Of a stretch of DNA of 64,000 nt, positions 24,686 through 36,400 are shown piece after piece. The stretch is from assembly GCA_046563655.1 (NCBI GenBank), contig CM102288.1, positions 3,658,001 through 3,722,000 of the forward strand. The letters are read 5' to 3'. Each line of letters starts with the position of its first letter. Positions within the stretch are counted from its first letter, which is position 1. The notes beneath the pieces are model-generated. The model saw only the letters and a list, made by a program, of their open reading frames with translations. It was not told where the DNA came from and searched no databases. The stretch comes from Yuukianura sp. NJ FZ-2021 (taxonomy: Eukaryota). Both the position numbers and the translations under genes were made by a program.

Positions 24686-26739
24686 ATGTTTGTTGCAAGT
24701 TTTTTAAAAAAGGTTGTGCCAAGTGTGTCTTTGGTGAGCCGCTATTATTCTTCGACGAACCAAATAGAACTGACGAGCATTCGGTACAAAGGTCATGTGG
24801 ATCGCGGTGACTTCGCCACGGTCACGGACTCTGACATCGGCGTCTTTGAAGGAATTCTGGGGAAAGGACGAGTAGTCACCGATCCCAGTGATTTGGAATT
24901 CCACAATGTTGACTGGATGAATACCGTAAGAGGTAAATCTCCATCAATTACTAATTCACTAAAGAGTACAATTTGATTTCCGGAAATACTTGCAGGTGCT
25001 AGTCGTCTACTGCTCAAACCGAAGACAACTGAAGAAGTCAGCAGGATTATGAAACATTGTCATGAGAGGCGCCTGGCAGTATGTCCACAGGCTGGAAACA
25101 CTGGATTGGTCGGCGGCAGTGTTCCAGTATTTGACGAAATCGTCCTCTCAACTTCCCTGATGGACCAAATAATTAGTTTGAACGAGTGGTCAGGTTGGGA
25201 TTTAACCTTGAAGCCGTAATTAAAAGCCATAATTCAAGCTCAATTAATCAATTACTTTTAAATTTACAGATTTGCTGGTGTGTCAAGCTGGTTGTATTCT
25301 GGAGAGACTGAATGACTATTTAGTAGACCGGGATTTGATCATGCCTTTGGATCTGGGAGCCAAGGGTTCATGTCAAATTGGCGGCAATGTTTCTACAAAT
25401 GCTGGAGGGTTACGGCTTATACGGTACGGCAGTTTACATTCCAGAATCCTTGGAGTTGAAGCAGTAAGGCAATTGCCATTCATTAATTGAGTGTTAGTTG
25501 ATTTTTTGGCAACTTTAATTAACTGAACCAGGTTTTGGCAGACGGGACGATTCTGGATTGTATGACTGACAATATCAAGGACAACACTGGATATGACTTG
25601 AAGCATTTATTCATCGGTTCGGAGGGAACACTAGGTAAGAATAAGATCAGCGTTGGACGAAATATTTACTTAATACAAAAATTTACATAAGTAAACAGTG
25701 TAATTTCTACAAAAATTGGTCAAACTTAACACCACGATTATAGGAATCGTTACAAAAGTTGGAATCCACTGTCCCACGATGCCGAAATCCACAAGTCTAG
25801 CCTTCTTCGGTAAGTATTTTCTGAGTTTGACTACTATTTTTTTTTCTACAGACATTTTTTAAACAAAAAAGTTTTGATTGGAATTTCAAAAGGATTGAAG
25901 AGCTACGACAATGTGCTGAAAACAATGAAGAAAGCCAAGAAAGACCTAAGCGAAATCCTGTCATCGCTGGAGTATATTGACTCCGCTTCCATGGAAAGTG
26001 TCAACAAGTACTTGCACTTGAAACCCCCCATCGCTGATTTCCCATTTTACATGTTAATCGAGAGCTCGGGATCCAACGAAGTTCATGACCAAGAAAAACT
26101 AAGTGCTTTTCTGGAAGACGTGATGGACCAGGGAGACGTCGCCGATGGAACAGTGGCTGCTGATTCGCAACAAATGCTCGTAAGTTTGACAAAAGTTTCA
26201 AAATTTTAGTTTATTTTCGATGAAATTTAAAACCAGATTTTGGATTTAGAAAATTTGGGATCTTCGAGAACGCATAGCCGAAGCCCTACTTCTCCAAGGG
26301 CACACCTACAAGTACGACTTTTCAGTTCCGGTTATCAATTTCGACGATTTCGTCCAAGCCGTTCGGAAACGACTTGACTCCAATGGAATTCCAAATCATA
26401 GTTGTGGCTACGGTCATCTCGGTAAGAATTCGAAATTCGAATTTGAAATTTTTCGAAAATCTACAAAAAAATATAAAAATTTTAGGAGATTCCAACATTC
26501 ATCTGAACATTGTCATACCACAGTACGATCCAAAAGTTACTGCTCTCCTGGAACCGTTTGTTTTTGAGTGGGTACGAGCACATCGCGGAAGTGTGAGTGC
26601 CGAACATGGCCTTGGATTCAAAAAACGAGAGTTCATTTCATATTCAAAATCTCCAGAATCAGTTGAAATTATGAAAAAAATCAAAACGTTGTTCGATCCT
26701 AAAGGAATTTTAAATCCATACAAAGTCTTGCCATCATAA
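24686..26739 (+). CDS. D2HGDH: D-2-hydroxyglutarate dehydrogenase, mitochondrial (copy 2, canonical active site)
   Basis: Same exon structure and motifs as copy 1. Retains YKYD and GYGHLGD; the FAD loop reads PQAGNTG. Confidence 0.93.
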
Positions 26740-27405
26740 TCATCAAAGTCAAAGGTGAATTAATCACCCTTTTTATTCAAAAATTATTTTAAATTCGTCA
26801 GTTTATTTTATGAATTACGCCAATTTATTCGGAATAAACTGAATCAATTTCCCAATTTCACTGATTCAGAAGTAATTAAGTAAAGTAATTGGAATAGAAC
26901 AAGGATATACTCCTGTCATTGATCATTTCTAAGCAGCTTCAAACAGGTTTTAAACCACCATTGAACTAAAACTAGTTACTAATTATTTTGTCTAAATCAA
27001 TTAATTCTAAAAACAATTTTTCCTAAAACGTTTTTGTTTAACAGTCTGAAAAATGACTAAAGTAATCGAGTGAATTACATACAATCACACCAAGAAAAAA
27101 CAAGGGATAACCCATCTCCACGTTGATTTAATTTAATTTTTACTTAATTTATTTAATTTTAATTAATTTAAGTAAGTAACCCGTCTCTTAAATAACTTAA
27201 ACAGCTACAAAAAAGTTGGTTACTTTCGTTCGTTTTTTTTTCTAAAAGACAAGAACTTCGAAGGTCGCTTTTCTGGAAAAACATAATTTTAGCAGCCCTG
27301 TTTTCATTTTCACTTGAGCTTTTTTAAGGTGACGAGGTCAAAGGTCAGACCTTCAGAAATAATGGGGGTGATCTTGTGGCTTAAAATCGTCTCACTTCTG
27401 GCATT

Positions 27406-30400
27406 TTAGTTGAGCAAAATCGAGGAACGAGTCTGCAATAATATATTAAGTACAATCAAAATCATAGATTTTTTTTTCAAGTACTAATCGATTACTTCGT
27501 ATGATGTAATCGGCTGATATTAATCATATTATGAATATTACCTTTTTCAAAGCAAAATTTCCACCAGAGTTTTTAATTGCACTTAGGATCCCCGCACGAG
27601 CTTCAAGTGGACTGCTGGGAGTGGCGGGAACTGATGACCCACCGTCGCTACTTGACGAACTGCTGCTGCTGATACTGTCGCTTCTTTTCTTTGAAATTGC
27701 TGACAACGGTGTCGGAACTTTCGTGACCTTGGATCCAGTATTTTCCACACCGTTGGGCAGCATCGGTGCAAGAGGAACGGACGACGGTGTCACTTTTGAT
27801 GCTGCTGGCGGCGCTGGTGCTTGAAAGTGAAGTTTTTGTTGAGCAAGGATTGATTGCATTTCTTGAATTTTGGATTTCGTTCCAGCTTTTTTCGGTCCTT
27901 CAATCACAATTTCGGAGTTGCTGACCTTTGGCAACGGCGGTGGCGGCGGTGAGGCCTTTGCTGCAGCATTTCCATTCAGCACCACCGTTGACGGTATCTT
28001 GCCACTTGGAGTGGATCCATTTATACTAATTTTTACCGTAGCTCCACCATCTGTATTGCCAGCATTGTTGATTTTCAAATGCTGGCGGTAGACATTTCCA
28101 ACTGAATTTTTAGAAGAGTCGTTGACCTCTGACCCCACTAGAATAATAGCCTTGTTTCCATGTGTTTGAATGTTCGCCCCGGTTGAAATCCGAACACTTC
28201 CGACGACATCCGATTTCGGTTGTTCCGGAACCGCTGGTGACGGACTTCGGCGTACCGAATCAAAATTTTTGCCTTTGATGACTTGTGACACCATGAAATC
28301 CGATGGATGCTTGGACAAGGTACCGTATGGCGACGGTGTCGTCGATGGTGAAGGTGTTGTCATCTTGGAACTTCCGCTGTCACTGGCCAAGCTCGTTGTA
28401 CTGATACTTCTATAAACTGGATTCCTGTTTTGTTCAAACACGCGCTGAATAGTGGCAATACTCGATTTCATATTGACCGCTGGAACTGGAACTTCCCGGG
28501 TAGGACTCTCAGCTGGTTTGATTCCTTGGAAAAATCGCTTCTTCTCTTCCAGCGAAACGCTGCTGGGCCTGGAACTATCAACTGACCCTAAGCTGGAACA
28601 AGATGAAGCGCTTCTGCTGCTATCGACGCTGTCTTCTCTCATTGGTTCCTTGGCACTGACGCTGATTTTCTTGGCTTCTGCGTAGGGAGTCGTCTTGATT
28701 TGGATTCCGCGTGGTGCTGGAGCCGTTTCTGGTTTTGCTCCCTGGAAAAATCGCTTCTTCTCCTCCATGCTGATTTTAGTTTCTTCAGTTTTTGTTTCCT
28801 TTGACACTGGAATCGCTGTATTCTTCGACGAAACTTCAATGACTATTTCCTTAGGAACGACTGCCGGTTTTGCAGCGATTGGTACAGCAATAGGTTTTGC
28901 AGCGATTGGTGCAGCAACAGGATTTGCAGCGATTGGTGCAGCAATAGGATTTGCAGCGATTGGTGCAGCAATAGGTTTTGCAGCGATTGGTGCAACAGTG
29001 GGTGCTGGATTAGCAAAAAGTGGTGACGGAGTTCTCTTGCTCACTGGCCGTTCCAAAGTGTTTGACGCTGAAGAAATTGTGAACGCTGTTTTGTTCAAGG
29101 TTGACCGTGGCCGTTCCAGTGTACTGGTGGCCGAAACGCTTCTGACTTCGACTTCAGCCGAAGTTTTGCTCTTCTCTGATTCGTCAATTCGTTGTTTCCA
29201 AGTGGCCAATACAGAAGCATTGCTGCCTGTTTCAATCGGCTTGACCTCAACATTTGACCGTCTCACTGGAGGTGGAACTGGAGCTGGATTTTGAACTTGT
29301 TTTGCTTGAAAAGTCGTTACTGGTGGGACTCCAGTGAAACTGTGAATCCTGGAGGCCACGGTGGATGGCTTTACTTCATTTTGTCCCATGCCCATGATAT
29401 AGTCGTTGTCTTCTTTGACAGCGATTGGTGCTCGCTTGACTCGTTCTCCCCAAGTACCCATGTTGATTGCTGGTGGACCGGAGTAGCGGTATACTGTCGG
29501 AGCTGCTTGAGCACGTTTTTCACGCATCTTGACGTCTGGGACGCCGTTCATAGCTCTGCAAGAAATTGACAACATCAGTTTTTCAGTTTTAAAGTTTACT
29601 TTCAGACGCATTTTTCGGATACCAGCAAACGGCACAATACGAATGAATTACGGTGCAAGCTTACGGTTCGTTTATTGGTTGAATTTCGGTATCCGCCGCT
29701 GGTGAAACTGAAATCGGCACTTGTGCTGATTGACGCGGTGGCTCAAAAGTTGATGGTGGCTCAACAGATTCTTTGCCAATACCGACGGAATGTACTGCTT
29801 GTGGAACTTCTGGATCAAACACTACTCCTTCACTGTCACTAGACTCAGACGAATTGGACTGTCCAACTTCTCGACTTGGACCAGATACTTTCTCGAGCTT
29901 CTAAAAATCAAAAACAAAACAAAAATTAGAAATATGCCTAAAAATGAAATTTCAAAAATGCTTGGATTTGGAAAGTTTTCTTTGTTTTAAGTTTGTGTGT
30001 GTCAAAGGTCAAAGTTCCTGCCACTGCAATTGGCTGCACCTACCACTTGAACTGTCCTTGTCAACAGGGAATGCAAATGGCGACTATCGGGGAGTAGGTT
30101 TTAATTGTGTCCTTAACACCTCCGCGGTGTCAGAGTCACTTTGGAACGTAATTGGGCAAAAGTGATAATATGAAAAACACCTTGATAAGAACTTTCCAGA
30201 TTAACTGGCCAATCGATAACTCGTCAAGTGGGATCAAGCGCTTGAGAAGCGATTGGCATCATTACACTGCACCACAAAAACAGCCATAAATTCCAGCGTC
30301 AGTCTCCAAACTGATTACACTGGGGGAAAAAAATAATGAAAATTGCAACTTTTCCAAAAAAGGAACAATGGACCAATCAAAACAAAAGTGAAGACTAGAA

Positions 30401-33400
30401 AAATGACGCTTTTTTGAATTCTTCGCTCCAAAAACATCCAGAAATGGTAGTTTTTGGGGCACTAAACTCTCCATTAAGTGACTCACATAACACAAGACTT
30501 GTTTTTAATTACTAATTACTTGTCACATCTGCTAATCACTTTATTGTTTCCTAATTACTATCGGATATTTCTGATTAATCAGACGAAATGACTAACCCCA
30601 GTGGAAAAATAAAGTTTGCGTCAAATTGCTCATAAATTGAAATTATGCAACCGTTGCGTTGTGAGAGAAATATGGTCGAGAGAGGGTTTTGGTCAAAGGT
30701 CAAGGCTGGTCAAGTTCAAAATCACACATCACATCCATATTTTCGAATTTTTTTAAAAAAAGCCCAATTTTTTCAAAATTTTTAGGAAGATTACGATTGC
30801 AAAGAATTCGACAGACCTGTGGTTGTAGTGGCTCCCTCTGGGGATCCCCGCTTGCACTTAATTTTTGTCCGGCTCCCAAATGCCTCTGCAAAAACTGTTC
30901 TTTCCACTGCTCAAACTGCTGTTCCAGCTCAACTTGAAAAGTTTCCATCAATTTGGGGTCACTGCCCAACTCCTCCGTTGACCCCACTGACATTTTGGGC
31001 AACGCTGCCAAACTCGTAGCTTTTACAACTTTTTCTGCCTCCAGTGGGATTTGAACCGGCGACAAGCTCAATCCAGCTCCTCGTCCTACACCACTCCCCT
31101 CTTTTCCCTTTTCCTTCTTTGATAAGTTTTGCATAGAAAGAGACTTGTGTTTCTTGTCAGAACGTCGCAGTTCTTCGTCTTCGCTGCTCGAAGTATAAAT
31201 TACTTTAGAGGCTGGACGACGCTGACCAGTGCTGCCTGCTGATGTCACTGAACTGCGTCGTTTCTTTGCGTCAAATTCGCCTTTGTACGAAAACGACTCG
31301 GATTTTGACGGAAGTGAGCCTTTAGACGTCGTAGACGCTGAACTGCCGTTGCTCCATTTTCGCTGCTGGTTGCTAACGACGGCGGGAGTTATTAAGTCTT
31401 CTTCGACTTCTGATGAGGGTTGACTTGAATCGGACAGTTTTAGTGGGACTACTTTTTTTGGTGGCTTCACTAGCGAGTTGATGAGTGGAGCTGGTGGCTC
31501 TACTGATGATTTGATTGGTCCGAGTGGTGGCTCCTGTGATTTGATTGGCTGAGGCGATGATTTTACCTTTCCATCAATAGTTGCCACATCTTCATCGACC
31601 TCTGATGATGATGCACTGGAATCGGGAAGTTTTGGTGGGACAACTTTTTTTGGTGGCTCGCTTGGTGGAGCTAGTGGAGCCTTGTCTTGCTTTGGAGCCG
31701 AATGGACCGTGACTTGTATTATTTCCGGCTCTTTCTTATTCTGTTCAAGTTCCATGGATAAAGGAAGCTCCGCTTCCTTGTTGACTTCATTTGTATTCTG
31801 GACAACTGTGGGCGATGGAGCACTTTGGGTCACTCTTCCAGAAAAGTCTGGACTTTTGTCCATCTGAGGGCACATCAAAAACTTAATTTACCAAAAGTTT
31901 CATCTTTTGATCTCAAATCCCATTGAAAATTGCACAAAAGGAGTTTTGTTTTCGAAAATGAAAGGCAGCATGCCTCACTTCAAAAACTTGTTGGCAAAAG
32001 TTTGCGAATTTTTTCTGAAGAAACTTACGATCAATTCAGCTTCTGCAACTTTCGTTTCAAGTAATTCACGCCAGCACTCGCTATGATCATCCGACCCAGA
32101 GGAATGTATTGAAGACCGACGAGAAGATGGAAGGGACTGAAAAAAAAACAGTTTTCAAAAAATGTTCAAAATTTTGAAAATGGTTTTTTCAGCTTACCTT
32201 GTCACTATGATGTTCATGTACATCAGGATCAAGCGATACTGGAGACGGCGTTACCGTCGCAGTGGCTGGAATACCCGAATCGGCATAGGACGCTTCTGAT
32301 CCAGACGATGCTTCCTCATGCTTATCACCTGAAAATTTTACAAAATTTTTCAAAAAACTTTCCAAAATTTTTCAAATCCCCATTTTTTGCTAGAACGAAA
32401 AAAATCACTCAAAAATATATGGACGCAGCAATGACACTGTTCAAAAAGTGTTCAAAAATAACACACACAAAATACAAAAATCAGCGATAAAATTTTAAAC
32501 AAAAAAAAATTTAAAATCAACTATGAAATTTTAAATAAAAAATTCAAAATCGCTGATAAAATAAAAGTTTTGCACTAAAAAGTCTCAGCGACCAATTTTT
32601 TAACTAAAAAGCAACACGAAAGACAGGAAGTACCAAAAGATTCTCCCAAAAAAACGAAAAAGCAAAATCCGAAAAAAGCTTCAAGTTTTTTTGAAAGTCC
32701 ACCTGAACCGATTTTAGTTGAAAACGCTTTGGATTTCTTATTGATGAAGCGGTTTCGTTTCATCGCTGCGAAAAACGATTGTTTCTTGGGTTTTCCTTCT
32801 TCTTCCAAATTTTTTAGTCTTGAAGAAAATTGACTTGTAGTTGAATTATTTTTATGAGGAATGTTTGTATGGACGGACACTTCAGTTGCAACTAGTCTTC
32901 TTCCTTTTTCCTCTTCCAAATTCAGTTCCAGCGATTCAACATTTTTCCAGCGATTCAGCGATTCTGCTGTTCCAGTTTTTGTTTCGTGCTTTGACCTGTG
33001 TAGTGATACTACGGACAATGAATCTTCTTCTCCTCCGATCATTCCCGACTCGCTTTGAGTTCGCTTGAACAAAGAACTAAAAATGGTCCCTTGACCTTTT
33101 GACCCGGAGGTCACAGCGGGGCTACCAGCAGTCTGCGCCGGTCGAGCAACAGTCTGCGCCGGTCGTGTGAATTTGGTTTCCACAAAAACGTTATTCTCGT
33201 CATCTTCGCTGCTACTGTCGTCACTTGCACTGGAACTGACACTACTGTCAGAAAGTGAAAATGATTCCAGTACTTGACCTTGACCTCTCTGTTTACTATC
33301 CTCAAACAGTTCCAAGTTTTCTTCCAAGTCGTCATCCGACTCCACGTGACCTCTGTTGACCTCAAGGTCAACATGTCGATGGACCGGGGTTGACCGGATC

Positions 33401-36400
33401 TGTGAATCAGTGAACTTTGACAAATTAGCGGCCAGTGGTTGTGAAGCTTTCGGCTGAGAAGCGATTGGAAGTGGCTTGACGCTGCTGGATTTTTGAGCAT
33501 GCTGCGACACTTTTTCAGCGTCAGTGACGTTGGCAGCGCAAGCGACTGGAACAGACTGTCCAGCTTTATTTTTGAGTCGTGCTGAGAGCAAGTTTTGTAA
33601 AGCATTGTCAGGCAGTACTTTGACACCGATTTTACGCGGTTCGGTATTCAAGGCTGTCGGAGACGTTGGCGACATTGATGACATGCGTTCGGGAGTTTTC
33701 GGCGGGACTCGTGCAATTGGAATCGTAGTTGGTGGTGGGGGTCTTGCTGGTGCTGGTTCCTTAGTCTTTTCTGGTGGTGGTGGCCTCATTGGTGGCTGCT
33801 TTCCCACTTCTGGTGCTGGTGGCCTTGGTGGAGCAGATTGCTTGACGTTTTCCGGTGCATGTGAAGGCAGTGTCCTTGGTCGTGGCTTCGGTTGTGGACG
33901 TGGAGCCACCGGTGGTGGATCGGCTAGCTTCGTACGACGCTGTACAATGGGAGGAGCTACTGGTGGTACTAAAATTTTGAGAATTAGAAAGCGAAAAAAA
34001 ATTGAAAAAGCGTTAATTTTGTAAGATACGTTTTAAGCATTAGGTAAAACCTTGTAGCAACTAAAAGTGCTTCTAAGTGTAAAGACTTCGCAAATATCTA
34101 AAAACCCGCCACCACGCCCGTCACCGTGGCCGTAATTTGCTTTAACCGTAACTTTTTTTTTCTGAAAATGCAAATATTTTTGAAAATGCTAAGTAATGTT
34201 TTTAACAGGTTGTAAAAATTTTGATGCACATGCTCTGCAAACTCCAGAAATTTTCATTCGCGAAGCGCGAAAAATTACGTCGTGAAAAAAAATCAGCGTC
34301 GGCCTTACCATCAACAGTGGGACTGGAAGGAGGAAGTGGCGGTAACACGTCACGGTTGGACGGCATTGCCGGACTGGTTCCTCGGTTGACCTCTTCGGCT
34401 GGAACAGGAGACGGCGGAAGTGAACCAATCGATGACCTTGAGCTAGTCGATGACCTCGAATCGGAACTCCCTGACTTGGTCAACGTCGATCCACTCTTGG
34501 ACGACGACATGGACGTTGAGCAAGTGGCAGCAGAAGCAGTAAACTTGAGCGTGTCACTGGACTTGTTTGAACTCTGACTAAGACCGCTTCGCTGCTCCTC
34601 TTCAGTCTCTTCCAAACCGTGGGCAGAACTGTGGACGTCTACTTGGACTTGGACTGGTTTGCGTTCCAGTGCTTCGGGACTGGAAATGTGCTGGGCAGAA
34701 ACTGGAAGTGCTGGCAGTTCTTCTTCAAGTGGTGTCTGGAGTGACGGAGTTGCTGGTGGTTTGGGTGCTTTTCGTTTTGTTCTGGATCCAGTAGAAGAGA
34801 TTGAAGTAGTTGAAACGCTAAATGCCGAAGTTAGATTGCTTGTACTCGTACTCATCTCCAGCGATTTGGAAGTCGCTGGAGGAGGTTGGTGCAGCGACGA
34901 CAAGCTGCCGGTTCCAACTTTTCTTGCTGCAGCGATCGCTCTGAAAATTCAAAAAGAAACCAGAATTTAAAAAGTTTCAATTTCAATTTGCTGTTGGGGC
35001 GAATTGAGACAACAGGAAATCCTGAAATTGAAAGATTTTTGGAGAAACCTTGAAAAAATTTCAGTTTTTTCCGAAATTTAGGGCCACGTGACACTGAAAC
35101 CTACTTTTTCCAAAATTGTAACAGTCGTAGTTACTGACTGTAATCAGTTGATGTGTCCTTTTAAGGCTAAAAATGTACAATGAAAAAGACAATACCTGTC
35201 CTTCCTAATCATCTCCTGTTGTTGGTCTGATAAAATACTTGAAGCGGACGCTTCATGATAACCGCTGCTATCTGACGCTGAGCTCTGCCTTGATCTACTG
35301 GAGCCGACAACAACGGAAGTAGCTGGAGCCGTTTGTGGACTCGGAGCCACCCTTCTAACTCCCTGCATCACTTCTGGAGAGGTCAAGATGAGGGGTTGAG
35401 ACAATGACTGGGTCAAAGGCTTATGCTGGATCACAGGGGGCGGTGGAGCTCGTTTCTTCTTGGAACTGAGGTCAGTCCGACTTCCGGAGAATCCTGGAAG
35501 GGGATTGGACGAAATGGATTTCTTGAGCATAGCTGTCTGGAGAGCAGAAGTGGCGCTGGAAGCGTTACTGACGGATGACTTCAATTTGATTTTGGAAGGG
35601 AGGATTCCTATTGGTGGAGAAATTGAGCGAGAGTCGTCTGAACGAGTAGGTGAAGTACCACGACCACTTCCTGAACTTACGGAACTTTCACCAACACTCT
35701 GAAAATGTAAAAAACGAAGTCCCAGTAATATAAATACAGAAAATAACTTCAATTTCAAAAAAAAAAGTGTCGAAAAAGTATAAAAACACAAAAAATGTCA
35801 AGAGGTCAAACACCGTTATCAGGTCTGCGAGGTCAAAGATCAACACAATTCTTTTTAAAAGGTTCAAAATTTTCGAAATTTTTTGAATCTGTATCACTTT
35901 GAAACTTCGAATTCGATATCACGCACAAAAGAATTTCAGACAATTCGATTTTTTTATTTGCAAATTGTGGCTTAAAGCCTTAAAGAGTTTCCGCTAATTT
36001 GTCATATTCGGGAATTTGTGTGCCAAAAACGTCAGATTGATTTGGGAGATTCATTTGTAAAAAATTTATGACTGATAATGATGATAACTGAACAAATACG
36101 TCATTTTGCTCCTCTGATTCTGTACTTTTGGTTTTGCATAGTGAAAGTTTTGCTAAAAATGAAGGTGAGAAGGTGTTAATGAAACTGTTGAGGTTAACAT
36201 AAAGTTAGAGGTTAAGTTGGGAGTGATAATTAATTAGGTTAAGGTGATAATTAAGTCAACGTTTTTTTACTATTCATTGACTTACAGATCGGCTGTAATT
36301 GAAAGCTGATTCCAAATTTCCTTGACTCCCCCCTCGGCCATTCGATTTGAGCTGAAGTGCTAAAATGTCTGCACTTGACACTGAACTGTTAACGCGTGAA

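Larger units (their letters stand above)
22011..26890 (+). repeat. ~2.48-kb tandem duplication containing the whole D2HGDH gene with promoter and 3' flank
   Basis: TTGCCATGTGTTTTGAA...AGGTCAAAGGTCAACCAGTTGACA occurs at ~22011 and ~24491. The 3' flanks TAATCATCAAAGTC...ATTCAGAAGTAATTAA are shared at ~24292-24450 and ~26737-26890. Confidence 0.9.

Noticed and set aside
28695..29294. 199-aa plus-strand hydrophobic ORF (GFAAIGAA repeats) and similar ORFs opposite real exons
   Set aside because: These are antisense shadows of Cobl-like, DRC7, SMYD and neprilysin-like coding sequence.
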